From a virus, in the IMG/VR virus record IMGVR_UViG_3300009034_000020, positions 1 to 64,000 of that record: a stretch of DNA of 64,000 nt; one strand, given 5' to 3'. This document shows, one piece after another, positions 1 through 9,136 of this stretch. The translations under genes were made by a program, and so were the position numbers. Position 1 is the stretch's first letter. Every line of letters starts with the position of its first letter. The notes under the pieces are model-generated. The model was not told the origin of the DNA, did no database searches, and worked only from the letters and a program-made list of their open reading frames with translations.

Positions 1-39
1 GTAGAGCTGCGTTGGTACCGGGGGACACGCCCCCACCTG

Positions 40-330
40 CTAGTACGGCAATACGCATATCTCACCTCTTATGATGTGTGAGGCCAGGGACTCGCTAATG
101 AGGTACTCCATCCGTAGGTGGGGGTACCGGAAGTGGGTGCAGGAACCCAAAGCCTCCACCGCCAGGAGTTCCCTGGCCGCATTACTCAACGGAGTTACCC
201 AGATAGTACGGCTACCCCATTCCCCACGGCCCAGGACCTGGATACCGTACTTGAGGAGTGATCCGTAGTAGGGGCGGGGAGCTAGGATCCCCCGCCGCAT
301 ACGAATATCTTCCGGGTTCTGCTTGGTCAC
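40..330 (-). CDS. hypothetical phage protein
   Basis: 96-aa ORF whose start overlaps the upstream stop (GTGA), same strand as the operon. Confidence 0.45.
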   Translation of the reverse strand: MTKQNPEDIRMRRGILAPRPYYGSLLKYGIQVLGRGEWGSRTIWVTPLSNAARELLAVEALGSCTHFRYPHLRMEYLISESLASHIIRGEICVLPY

Positions 331-782
331 GGCAGCACCAGTCCTTCCTTTGTCTTCTCCCAGTCCATCGTACCCGGCAGGACAATACCCCGCTCTGCGG
401 TCGGGGGTTCTCCCAAGGGCTCATAGCGATTGGCCGGCCGTACGTAAACTGAGCCATCGAGCTGGGGTTCTATCTCACAGCCCCAGCCTAAGAACAACCC
501 CTTCACGAACTCCCACCGCAGCTCCTTGGAGAAGCTATTGATGAAGTCCATGATGAAGCCAACGATGAATGCCTCGTGGGTGTAACCCATCTGCCGAAGT
601 GTCTCCGCGCACGCCTGCGCCCAGCACTCCCAGTCGGTCTCGGCCTTCACCTGGAATACCTGGTCGATGTGCCGGTGGACTGGGCGGGTCTCGGGCGTGT
701 GGATCTTCACCCGAATAGTGGGCTGCTGGTTCTCACAGCTCGGGTGAGTACCACCACGGCGGCGCTTCTCACCTTTGCTCAT
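327..782 (-). CDS. hypothetical phage protein
   Basis: 151-aa ORF, ATGA-coupled, purine-rich RBS. Confidence 0.6.
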   Translation of the reverse strand: MSKGEKRRRGGTHPSCENQQPTIRVKIHTPETRPVHRHIDQVFQVKAETDWECWAQACAETLRQMGYTHEAFIVGFIMDFINSFSKELRWEFVKGLFLGWGCEIEPQLDGSVYVRPANRYEPLGEPPTAERGIVLPGTMDWEKTKEGLVLP

Positions 783-943
783 GACTTCTTCCTCCTGGCC
801 CGCCGGGCCTCTTGTCTACGCGCATCTTGTAGGATCCCATCGGATCTTGGGGCGCGGTCAAAGCTCCAGGATGTGTGCTCAGCTAGAAGTCGCTGAATGA
901 TGCGAAGCTCCAGCATAAGTTGTCTAAACTGCTCGTTCGTCAT
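779..943 (-). CDS. small basic hypothetical protein (54 aa)
   Basis: Translated by hand (MTNEQFRQLMLELRII...RRARRKKS); fills the gap with ATGA overlaps at both ends. Confidence 0.55.
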   Translation of the reverse strand: MTNEQFRQLMLELRIIQRLLAEHTSWSFDRAPRSDGILQDARRQEARRARRKKS

Positions 944-1188
944 GACTTCTTCCTCATGCAGTAGATGCTAGCTGCCACGCAGACGGCCGAGAAGGTGTTA
1001 GCTACCATCCCAGTCCACCAGCCGGCGAGGGCCGCACCCGCCGCCAGAGCCGTGACTGCAACGAACAGGCAGCTCCAAGCGAAGAGGTTGAAGCCCTCCA
1101 CCCGCGGCGCCCTGATGAGCGAGTAGAGCTGCGGCAGGTAGAAAAACATCAGCCCAATGCTCCCGATGAGTCCTAGTAGTTCTACCAT
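940..1188 (-). CDS. PQ-loop / SemiSWEET-like small membrane protein
   Basis: MVELLGLIGSIGLMFFYLPQLYSLIR: PQ motif after TM1, three hydrophobic segments, GGAGG RBS. Confidence 0.7.
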   Translation of the reverse strand: MVELLGLIGSIGLMFFYLPQLYSLIRAPRVEGFNLFAWSCLFVAVTALAAGAALAGWWTGMVANTFSAVCVAASIYCMRKKS

Positions 1189-1190
1189 GG

Positions 1191-1601
1191 TTACCTCCGA
1201 AACTCCGGCATCTGGTCCTTCTTGAACACTACCCTGTGGTTGCAGTGGGGGCAGGCCCAGAGAACCGCGAACTTTCCCTTGAGTTGTTCCCTCCAGTCGG
1301 GCGGGGCGCCGACGATCTCGACATTCGGTTGTTCGAGGACCCACGTGGCGCTTCGTTCACCGACTAGGCGGAAGGTATCTTCACCGCAATTCCAGCAGGT
1401 GACACCGGTATCCACACTGTCCGTCAGGAGAGCACGCTGGTCCGGCTCTACCGGAGTAGGATCTTCGGTGATGTCCAGCTTCACGTAGGTCCACGGGCTC
1501 TCGGGTATGGCATCCTCGTCCCGCGGGTCGTGGCCTGGGCGCCAAATGTGGTGCCGCTGGATTGCCCGCTGTTTCTGGCTAGGATGGATCTCGCCGGGCA
1601 T
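1191..1601 (-). CDS. zinc-ribbon protein
   Basis: CWNC and CPHC motifs. Confidence 0.6.
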   Translation of the reverse strand: MPGEIHPSQKQRAIQRHHIWRPGHDPRDEDAIPESPWTYVKLDITEDPTPVEPDQRALLTDSVDTGVTCWNCGEDTFRLVGERSATWVLEQPNVEIVGAPPDWREQLKGKFAVLWACPHCNHRVVFKKDQMPEFRR

Positions 1602-1844
1602 CTACTCCACCAGCCACTTATCGAAGACAGGACTCTCCCAGGCACCAGGGGGCTTCCAATCGCAGGCAGCCGCCAGTACGGCCGCCAGGGCCTTCTCCAC
1701 GCGCTCATTCGGCAGCGCTAGCGCCACGTCAACTGGCACACGCACGACGATCTCGTTGTCCCCCTCCGCACGTTCTGCGCGGATGAAAGTAAAGAGATCA
1801 CCCACATTACCTCCTAAGATACTCTTCGGACGTTCTCCTGTCAT
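1602..1844 (-). CDS. hypothetical protein
   Basis: 80-aa ORF tightly packed in the operon, GGAGG RBS. Confidence 0.55.
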   Translation of the reverse strand: MTGERPKSILGGNVGDLFTFIRAERAEGDNEIVVRVPVDVALALPNERVEKALAAVLAAACDWKPPGAWESPVFDKWLVE

Positions 1845-1845
1845 G

Positions 1846-3045
1846 TCAGTCCTCCGTCTCTACATAGGTCTGGGGATTCAGGGTGATCCCAGACCGGCCC
1901 AGGTGAGCGATAGGGTAGCCGAGCTGGCATAGGACCTTCAGCTTGTGCTCTAGGGGAATATGTACGTCGCCCACGGTCGCCAGCATATCCCCATCGTCGT
2001 GGCCCTGAAGTATAGCTCGTTCCCACCAACGGTTGCTAACATCGTGGGCGTCTTGGGCGCCTTCACCTATCAGGCTCACCAGCGCCACCTCGATGATGTC
2101 CTGTACGGTACCAAAGACCCGCTGGCGGAAGCACTCGCTCACTGGGCTAGGGTACTCGGTCCAGCGGCCATAGCGTGTCTCGGAGCGCTGCTGCTCTCGA
2201 TACACCGTGCTCTCTAGTGCACACCAAGCGCGAATTGCTGGGAGTTTCTTGTCCAGGACATCCCGCACAAGCTGCTCCGGCTCCGCTGGTAGCGGCCCGA
2301 TGTCACCCAGTCGGTACAGTACTCCCTCATCCTGGTCTAGTACTACCCAAGCCAAGAACGGCAGTACCTCGACATGGGGAATACCTAGCTCATTCGCCAA
2401 GTGGTCCACTGGATCCTCGTCCGGCGTATCCACGAAGAGGCGATAGAGCGTCGGGTCACCAGTAAGCGAAGCCAGCACACGGAGGAACAGGTGGTCATAC
2501 TTGACCTGCCACCTCCGCCCCTCCCCGTCCGGCGGTTGGAGGGCTATGTGCCGGGCTAGTGGTAAGCTGACACTTGTGTAGTACTCCCCCAGGTCAACGG
2601 TGAGCTGCGGCTCGATAACAGCGCAGTCCAAGGCATCCTGTGCGGGGGTACTGAACGCGGCCTGGCTGCAAACAGCATAGCCAGAGCAGTACTCCAGGAG
2701 CATGAGGTCTCCTACGAAGTGCTCGGCTATAGCTCTCCGCTCTGGTGTATGCATCCCAGGCTCGTAAGTGCCGAAGATGACATCGAGCAACTTGGGTAGC
2801 ACGGAGCGGATACTGCGCGTCACCAAGAGCGGGCCTTCCCGGCCAGTCAGGAGGCCCTTCAACATGGCCGCGCGCACCTTCCACAGCGCAACGGACGGTG
2901 GTAGCTCCACCAGCCAGGCCGCGTTCTTATTGGCAAAGCCCATGCGGTTATCGTCCCACAGGGCGAAGCCGACTGTTTCTTGTGTCCGAAGCCAGTCGCC
3001 CAGCTCCAGGATACTTATCTGATCGTTGACGGTGGCGACTTCCAT
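1846..3045 (-). CDS. degenerate family A DNA polymerase paralog, predicted inactive
   Basis: YDHLFLRVLASLTGDPTL resembles motif A (DWSQLEVWVLGYQTGDPTL in the phage PolA); LPAIRAW...ETRYGRW and VFGTVQDII match the fingers/palm; catalytic Asp residues absent. Confidence 0.7.
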   Translation of the reverse strand: MEVATVNDQISILELGDWLRTQETVGFALWDDNRMGFANKNAAWLVELPPSVALWKVRAAMLKGLLTGREGPLLVTRSIRSVLPKLLDVIFGTYEPGMHTPERRAIAEHFVGDLMLLEYCSGYAVCSQAAFSTPAQDALDCAVIEPQLTVDLGEYYTSVSLPLARHIALQPPDGEGRRWQVKYDHLFLRVLASLTGDPTLYRLFVDTPDEDPVDHLANELGIPHVEVLPFLAWVVLDQDEGVLYRLGDIGPLPAEPEQLVRDVLDKKLPAIRAWCALESTVYREQQRSETRYGRWTEYPSPVSECFRQRVFGTVQDIIEVALVSLIGEGAQDAHDVSNRWWERAILQGHDDGDMLATVGDVHIPLEHKLKVLCQLGYPIAHLGRSGITLNPQTYVETED

Positions 3046-3263
3046 CAGTCTACCTCAGCGTAGGAGAACCCTCCGCCCTTGACTAGCTCGTTGAAAGCCT
3101 TGCCCAGTGAGTCGGCGAACAGGATCTCAGTCACGAGCCCCGCCGGTATGTCCTCGTAAGCGTACACCCGGCCATTATTGAACTCGACCAGCAAGACGTG
3201 CTCGTCCTTGTGGTACTCGAACGAGGTAATCATGCTGGACTCAACCGCTAGCTTCTTCGCCAT
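3045..3263 (-). CDS. KTSC domain protein
   Basis: VESSMITSFEY...LLVEFNNGRVYAYEDIP...ADSLGKAFN is the KTSC signature. Confidence 0.85.
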   Translation of the reverse strand: MAKKLAVESSMITSFEYHKDEHVLLVEFNNGRVYAYEDIPAGLVTEILFADSLGKAFNELVKGGGFSYAEVD

Positions 3264-3855
3264 GGTCAACCACCTCTCCTTCTACTACCTCTTCTTCGTC
3301 CTCCGGAACAGGGTCTAGGAGCTTCAACTCCTGGAACTTCCTAAGCATCGTCGGCGGGATCCTGGCGTTCGGGTCGGCCTGGATCATAGCCAGCGCGATC
3401 TTCTCGGCCAGGTTCAGGTGCGTCACGTCCACATCGACCTTCCTTCTTTCGACGATGAGGCCGCCCGCCTTCAGTAGGAGCTCACCCACCTTCAACCTGA
3501 TGGCATGATCGGGGACAGTAGTCCCCCAGGTGAACTTCTCGCCACAGAATGGACACTTGATCTCCTCCTTGATGCCCTTCTCTGCCTTTGCCGCGGCAGT
3601 GATGAGGCCGGTAGCCTCCATGGCGGCGAACTCCAGGGCCTTCTTAGCCCCCTCGGTCATGCTACCGAAGAGCTTGCTGTAGGCTGCTATGAAGCCGTTA
3701 TCCGTACGTATCCACCGAGACGCCCGCTGCGGCTGGATACCTGTTTCCGCGCACGCCTCGTGCCAATCGCCACAACGTATCAGCGCCTCCAGGAAGGCAC
3801 GCTGGGCCGGAGTCAGTCGATCAGCGTCTCGCCTCCGCGCTGGCCCAGTCACCAT
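3241..3855 (-). CDS. HTH DNA-binding protein, terminase small subunit-like
   Basis: LTPAQRAFLEAL...ACAETGI...RW N-terminal HTH, CPFC motif, C-terminal ERRKVDVDV and acidic tail. Confidence 0.5.
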   Translation of the reverse strand: MVTGPARRRDADRLTPAQRAFLEALIRCGDWHEACAETGIQPQRASRWIRTDNGFIAAYSKLFGSMTEGAKKALEFAAMEATGLITAAAKAEKGIKEEIKCPFCGEKFTWGTTVPDHAIRLKVGELLLKAGGLIVERRKVDVDVTHLNLAEKIALAMIQADPNARIPPTMLRKFQELKLLDPVPEDEEEVVEGEVVDHGEEASG

Positions 3856-3856
3856 G

Positions 3857-4111
3857 TTAGGCTCCGCCGATGATATGCCAACGCAGGAACCGGAACTCCC
3901 AGCCGACCAGCTTCTGGCTGTATAGACCAAATGGCCCAAGCACGAGCATGAAGCCAGGCTCTTCGCCACCGAAGTAGGAGAAGAACAACCCGACCCCATA
4001 GCACTCCATGCTGTAGCCGAAGATGAAGCCGAAGGCTATGGCTCCCGGAAAGAAGTCCTCCCCGACTGGTTCGGCGCCGTATACCACTGCTGCTGGGGGT
4101 ATCGTTCGCAC
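3857..4111 (-). CDS. hypothetical Gly/Phe-rich protein
   Basis: 84-aa ORF filling the gap downstream of polA. Confidence 0.45.
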   Translation of the reverse strand: MRTIPPAAVVYGAEPVGEDFFPGAIAFGFIFGYSMECYGVGLFFSYFGGEEPGFMLVLGPFGLYSQKLVGWEFRFLRWHIIGGA

Positions 4112-4115
4112 CTCT

Positions 4116-6716
4116 CTACACCTCCTTGTCTAGTGTAACCACGTTTCCATTAGCTGTCAAGACCGTCGTCTGCTCTCCCAGAGAACGTCCCCAGGAGACC
4201 TCGACCGGGCATTGCCAACCTAGTTTCGTGCCATCTGGTAGTATAGTCTCTTTCGCTACCCGCTCCCAGAGGTTCTTGATGAGCCATGCTGTCTCCAACG
4301 TGTACTCTGGGCTTGGAGCCTTAGCCTCAAAGACCAGCGAGTCATGGACCTCTAAGATAATGTTGGCACGGCCCTTCAATTCCTCCGCGCCCTCGGTCAC
4401 CACATGCGCGCGGCCGTGAAGGTCATGACCACCACTCTGGATGGGGAAGTTGTAACCCTTCCGAATGAGCTTCTGTAGGTCGTACTTGTACCCCAGGATC
4501 TGGAGTATCGGGATCTCCGGGAAGTGCCGCCATCTACCGAACTTGTTCTTGATACGGTAGTCGGTCAACATCCCCCGCTCTATCTCCTTGAAGTAGGCCG
4601 GGAGGGTTGGGAAGATGTCGGTCACGTACGCACCCATCAGAGCATGGGACTCATTCATCCCACACCCCAAGCGAGACGCAGCACCCTCATCGGTGAGCCC
4701 GTAGTTGATGCCGAAGGTGAAGACCTTGGCCTTCCCCCGCAGCTCGCCGAATTCCTGGCGCCAGTCCTGGTCATCCATGCCTACCCCCACATTGGGGAAC
4801 AAGTCGCTAATCTCTAGCTCGCCCAACTTACGAGCCACATAGGTATGGACATCCTCGCCACCCAGCAGCAACCCCATCAAGGTCGGATCCCCCGTCTGGT
4901 AGCCCAGCACCCACACCTCTAGCTGGGACCAGTCAGCGTTCATCAGGACACAGCCAGGCGGGGCGATGAAGAGCTGCCGGAAGGCATCCTTTAGCCCTAG
5001 TTCCGGGATGTGTATGTCCTTCGGTGGGTTCTGGAGGTTCGGCTTCTCGTATGAATGCCGCCCTGTGTCGGCGAAGCTCACCTTGACGTGCGCGTGGATG
5101 CGGTTGTCGGAGCAGATGTAGCGCCCGTAGCCACCAGTATCGCCACCGAGGTAGGTACTATAGAACTTGGTGGCACCCTTCAAGTCCAGGATTATCGGGA
5201 TGGCAGGATGCTTGTGCTCGGCATAGAGCGCCTCCAGCACCGCCTTATCTGTCGTCACATGGTCGATACAGGGATGCTCTTTGGTGCACACCCCGCAGCC
5301 CTTGGCACCGTCTGTCCGCTCATTAGGGATGGGGAACCCAAGGTCCTTGAACAAGTACTGCTGGAGCCCCGCCGGGGCCATGCTGACCTTCTTCCCGGCT
5401 ACCTCTTGGAGCTGCTTCTCGTACTTCTTGGCGACACCCGTGTAGTGGGTGCAGAGCTTCTTGAATAGCTTCGTGTCCACCAGGACCCCGCGGCGCTCCA
5501 TCTCCCAGCAGGCGCGTACAAGGGGCGTGGTGATGTTGTCTAGTAACCAACCGCTACCCTGCTCATTGACCTTCTCCTGGAGCTGCGGCGCAATGCGGGC
5601 AACTACATCCGCATCCGCCGCGCCATACTTCCACGTGATGATGTCTGGCACGTCTATCATGCGGCGCTTCCGCTGCGACAACTGCATGACCTCCTCCTCG
5701 TAATAGGGGAGATCAGTCCAGAAGGCGGTCAGATCTGTCAAGTGGTGCGACACGTTCTCCTGGAGGGCACGGCTGAGGAACAGTGTGTCTTGGTCCAGGT
5801 TCTCTACCCGTAGACCGAATGCTGTAGCAGCGGTGATGATCTCTTCGTCCTGGCGGCGCTCCAGGAACCGAACGTCGAAGTGTGCGTTCTGCCCCTGCTT
5901 CGGCTTATCGGAAGCGAAGATCTCACGCAGCAGGCAGATTACCTCAGCCCACTCGTTGTCGTTCCAAAATGGCTCCCAGCCCTGCCGGAGGATGGGTACG
6001 ATATAGCCAACGCCACCCTCATTCGGTGAGAAGGTGATGCATATCAGCTCGTCCCGCATCCAGTCTAGGCCCGTGGTCTCGGTGTCGAAGGCGAATGACT
6101 TGACCTCCGGCCCCACCAGGTAGGTCCGCAAGGCACGCAGGTCCGGCAGGGACAGGATAGGGGCGTAGTCGCCCATGTTCTGGCTACCTACCCCAGACTT
6201 CGCTAGACGAGCGGCCTTCTGCATGTGCGCCACGACCATCGGTGTCGCCGCCCACCTCCGCATGACGAATGCCGGGTGGTATGTTGGGACTAGGGGGATC
6301 CCAGTATCCTCCTGAACGAGGGTCTGTCCCGCCACGTCGCCGAGGACCATACGCCGGTAGAGCGTAGCTAGAGCCGGCACGCCCAGAGTCACGATGACCT
6401 TGGGCTGCACCCGCTTGATGATCTCGATGACGTTGGGCCGGCAGTTGGCCAGCTCTTCCGGCCTAGGCGTCCGGTTACCCGGCGGCCGGCAGAAGCAGGC
6501 GTTGAGTAAGTAGATCTCAGATGGCTTGAGACCCGCCTGCTTCACTAGCGTTGCTAGGACACGCCCAGCCTTGCCGACGAACGCCTTTTCCTGCTCGTCC
6601 TCTTCCCGCCCAGGAGCCTCTCCCAGGAAGAGGAGGTCGGCATGAGCAGGGCCTCGGCCCTTGACGATCTTAGTCCGGCTCTTGACCAGGCTCGGACACT
6701 TCTGGCATGTGGTCAA
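4116..6716 (-). CDS. polA: DNA polymerase family A with N-terminal family-4 uracil-DNA glycosylase and 3'-5' exonuclease domains
   Basis: UDG motifs GEAPG, CRPP.NRTP, YHP; exo FDTETTG; pol motifs NADWSQLE, RGKAKVFTFGINYG, EVHDSLVFE. Confidence 0.95.
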   Translation of the reverse strand: MTTCQKCPSLVKSRTKIVKGRGPAHADLLFLGEAPGREEDEQEKAFVGKAGRVLATLVKQAGLKPSEIYLLNACFCRPPGNRTPRPEELANCRPNVIEIIKRVQPKVIVTLGVPALATLYRRMVLGDVAGQTLVQEDTGIPLVPTYHPAFVMRRWAATPMVVAHMQKAARLAKSGVGSQNMGDYAPILSLPDLRALRTYLVGPEVKSFAFDTETTGLDWMRDELICITFSPNEGGVGYIVPILRQGWEPFWNDNEWAEVICLLREIFASDKPKQGQNAHFDVRFLERRQDEEIITAATAFGLRVENLDQDTLFLSRALQENVSHHLTDLTAFWTDLPYYEEEVMQLSQRKRRMIDVPDIITWKYGAADADVVARIAPQLQEKVNEQGSGWLLDNITTPLVRACWEMERRGVLVDTKLFKKLCTHYTGVAKKYEKQLQEVAGKKVSMAPAGLQQYLFKDLGFPIPNERTDGAKGCGVCTKEHPCIDHVTTDKAVLEALYAEHKHPAIPIILDLKGATKFYSTYLGGDTGGYGRYICSDNRIHAHVKVSFADTGRHSYEKPNLQNPPKDIHIPELGLKDAFRQLFIAPPGCVLMNADWSQLEVWVLGYQTGDPTLMGLLLGGEDVHTYVARKLGELEISDLFPNVGVGMDDQDWRQEFGELRGKAKVFTFGINYGLTDEGAASRLGCGMNESHALMGAYVTDIFPTLPAYFKEIERGMLTDYRIKNKFGRWRHFPEIPILQILGYKYDLQKLIRKGYNFPIQSGGHDLHGRAHVVTEGAEELKGRANIILEVHDSLVFEAKAPSPEYTLETAWLIKNLWERVAKETILPDGTKLGWQCPVEVSWGRSLGEQTTVLTANGNVVTLDKEV

Positions 6717-7164
6717 CGTAACCTGCTCCTAGCACAGCCAATACCTCTAGAGCCTCCTCGTCCGTCTCGACGATGAGCGAGCAGGCTTCCTTGACAAAGA
6801 TATGGCTATGGATGTTGTTCGGCTCCATGAGCACTAAGATGTACTTCCCATGATCATGCGCCCGCTGGATCTCCATGCAAGTGCCAATGGACACCTGGTC
6901 AGCGCCCAACAAGCGAGCGAAAAGGACATCGCACGTACGTACGTCGAAGCAATCGCGGCCATAGACGCCCTTCTGGGAGCTGACTGGGTGCTGTTCATAG
7001 CCCTCGGTAGTGAACTTCCGCACACGCTTCAGATGTTCCTTACCACGCATGGGGGACACGGCGGTATGACCTAGCTGGTGGAGTTGTGCGGCATACTCCT
7101 CACGCCACTCGACAGCACCCTTGTAGGTCTGCCCCGCAATCGGTCCTGCTAGATAGATTCTCAT
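6670..7164 (-). CDS. nucleoside 2-deoxyribosyltransferase family protein
   Basis: IYLAGPI, D..DV..CD, SIGTCMEI..A motifs. Confidence 0.8.
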   Translation of the reverse strand: MRIYLAGPIAGQTYKGAVEWREEYAAQLHQLGHTAVSPMRGKEHLKRVRKFTTEGYEQHPVSSQKGVYGRDCFDVRTCDVLFARLLGADQVSIGTCMEIQRAHDHGKYILVLMEPNNIHSHIFVKEACSLIVETDEEALEVLAVLGAGYVDHMPEVSEPGQEPD

Positions 7165-7490
7165 TTCCTCGGCCTCCTACTGAGCCGCATGATCTCCTTG
7201 CGGAACTTCTCCTTCTGGTCGCCGGTGAAGTAGCGGCTGTACTGCTCCTCCCGAATGTCGTTGATGAACCGCAAGCAGGCTTCCCGACCTACAGCAGCAG
7301 GGTCCTCGCCGGACATGACTTCACTAGGGCCGTTGCACGAGCAGCCGATGCCATACCAAACGCCTACCTCGCCACTAATGCTGATGCCGACAGCTAGGTA
7401 CTCCCACTCGTAGCCGCCGCCTAGGTCGCCTAGCTCACCAAGCGTCAACGTCCATCCTTCTGGGGGCTCGAAGTCGAACTCTGGTGTCAT
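7161..7490 (-). CDS. hypothetical protein
   Basis: ATG at 7490 coupled to the ruvC stop; GGGYEW and GCSCNGP motifs. Confidence 0.55.
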   Translation of the reverse strand: MTPEFDFEPPEGWTLTLGELGDLGGGYEWEYLAVGISISGEVGVWYGIGCSCNGPSEVMSGEDPAAVGREACLRFINDIREEQYSRYFTGDQKEKFRKEIMRLSRRPRK

Positions 7491-7975
7491 ACTGCACCTC
7501 CAGCCTTGGAATCGAAACAGGCGATGCACACCGCATCGTAGAAGTCCTGTGGGTGATCGTCCTTCAACCCCTTGAAGTGGGCAAGCGCCCACCTCTTGAT
7601 GTCTTCCTTCGAAGCATGTCCATCCCCGAGCACAGCACGCTTCCACGTTCCTGGGTCCACAAGGGTATGGTTCTGCCCGCGCAAGTACAGGAGCGCACGG
7701 ATAGCACCGACGACGATAGACTGATCGATGATGGCCTTGCGATTGATCTTGCGTGCGCCGCCACCCACCACCACAGGTCGCTCCACGTAGATCCAGTCAC
7801 ACGTGTCGAACTCTGGGATGGCGTGATAGAAGAGGTCTACGAGCATACAGAGCCGGTCTTCTGCCCGGCGCCCCTTCGCCTCTACTCGGCCAACGTGCAC
7901 AATACCTGGGGCCTCCGTGTCGGTGACGGCCCAGGTGATGGCCTTTGTATCCGGGTCAATCCCTACGACTCGCAT
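7487..7975 (-). CDS. ruvC: RuvC-like Holliday junction resolvase
   Basis: VVGIDP, YVERP, P.TWK..V.G.GHASKEDI, D.YDAVCIA. Confidence 0.85.
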   Translation of the reverse strand: MRVVGIDPDTKAITWAVTDTEAPGIVHVGRVEAKGRRAEDRLCMLVDLFYHAIPEFDTCDWIYVERPVVVGGGARKINRKAIIDQSIVVGAIRALLYLRGQNHTLVDPGTWKRAVLGDGHASKEDIKRWALAHFKGLKDDHPQDFYDAVCIACFDSKAGGAV

Positions 7976-8300
7976 CTTCTTCCCCACCTCTCTCTTGTGG
8001 GTAAGGACGATCATCCAACTCGGGATGCTGGGCGAGATACTCCAGGAGAGCAAAGGCGCACCAGGCCACGGAGGCTAGGTGATGCTGCCCATCCTCGCCA
8101 TCTAGTTCCTCCCCGCCCCACCATTTCCAAGCGTGTCTCTGCATCGCCGCGAAAATCCGGCCGAACGCGATGCCCTTCTCCCAGTTGCGGTCGGTGTACT
8201 TCCTTGCGCCCATAGTGTAGACGTATACCAACTGAGCCAGTGGACCAGGGGGGAGTAGATCGTACCGGAGTTTCCCGTCGTCACTCTTATCGCCGGCCAT
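7956..8300 (-). CDS. dATP/dGTP diphosphohydrolase domain protein (DUF5664-like)
   Basis: K.D.GKLRYDLLP...GARKY..RNWEKG...AMQRH...GEELD.E.G.HHLA. Confidence 0.85.
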   Translation of the reverse strand: MAGDKSDDGKLRYDLLPPGPLAQLVYVYTMGARKYTDRNWEKGIAFGRIFAAMQRHAWKWWGGEELDGEDGQHHLASVAWCAFALLEYLAQHPELDDRPYPQERGGEEDASRRD

Positions 8301-9133
8301 CAGAACGCCCTCTCTACGATGGCTAGGATCTCGTCGCGGGTGTAGGTCACCGCGCTGGGTGTCTTCCCCTCGTAGACATCACTCGGGGGAGCGTCACTGA
8401 CACCATAGCGCCCACGGGCAGTACTGTTGTGGGCTACATAGAGGCCCACACCCTCGCAAGCGTAACGCCAGCACAGGATAATCTGAGCCAGCGTGTCCTG
8501 GTAGTCCATCCCCCCGTACATCTGTATGACTGGGTAATACGGGGCAGAATGTAGAGTCTTGAAGCACTCGTCGAAGGTCCTCTGGATGAAACCGAACGAG
8601 TGGTCGGGGTAGAATGCTTCAGGGTAGACCATAGGCATCCACCCATCTATGCCTGCCCGGACAAAGCCCTTCTGGTAAGGCTGCTCCGGGCGGCTACCGC
8701 GGGTATCCACGCACGCATAGATCCGCCCCGCCGGCTTGGCGTCCCGGAAAGCCCGTACTAGACGGATAGCATTCTCGTAGCTCTGGACGCGGCCGGCAGT
8801 GTAGGTCGTGCCTTCCCATTCCACCTCGGCGTTCACTACTGCGAAGTCGGCGCCCTCTCGGCAAGCACGAGCTAGTACCTGACCTTCGGCCTCCGGCTTG
8901 CGGCCATAGGCATAGATCTCAGCACCCAGCTTGAAGCCGTTCGCCTTCACAGCGTAGACCACGCTCTGCCACGGTACGTGCTGGGAGCTCTGGTAGTTGT
9001 AAAAGGTGGCACCGTTACCGCACTTGGCGATGATGGCGTCACACCGGAGGAACCTGGCAATATACACCAGCTCCCGCAGGTTCTCGTTGGTGGGGTAGAT
9101 GTACGCCCACAGCGCTCGTTCAAACTCTTGCAT
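8300..9133 (-). CDS. glycoside-hydrolase-like TIM-barrel protein, candidate endolysin
   Basis: IIAKCGNG, VVNAEVEWE and WMPMVY segments resemble GH25-like muramidases; inference only. Confidence 0.45.
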   Translation of the reverse strand: MQEFERALWAYIYPTNENLRELVYIARFLRCDAIIAKCGNGATFYNYQSSQHVPWQSVVYAVKANGFKLGAEIYAYGRKPEAEGQVLARACREGADFAVVNAEVEWEGTTYTAGRVQSYENAIRLVRAFRDAKPAGRIYACVDTRGSRPEQPYQKGFVRAGIDGWMPMVYPEAFYPDHSFGFIQRTFDECFKTLHSAPYYPVIQMYGGMDYQDTLAQIILCWRYACEGVGLYVAHNSTARGRYGVSDAPPSDVYEGKTPSAVTYTRDEILAIVERAF

Positions 9134-9136
9134 CTC

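Noticed and set aside
780-955. Identical CATGACTTCTTCCTC at two adjacent gene junctions (both proteins end RKKS)
   Set aside because: Explained by a reused RBS plus ATGA coupling signal.
4116-6716. UDG-PolA fusion as a novelty, or an intein in PolA
   Set aside because: The fusion is known from SPO1-like and other phages. Domain lengths leave no room for an intein; only a short Cys/His insert is seen in the thumb region.
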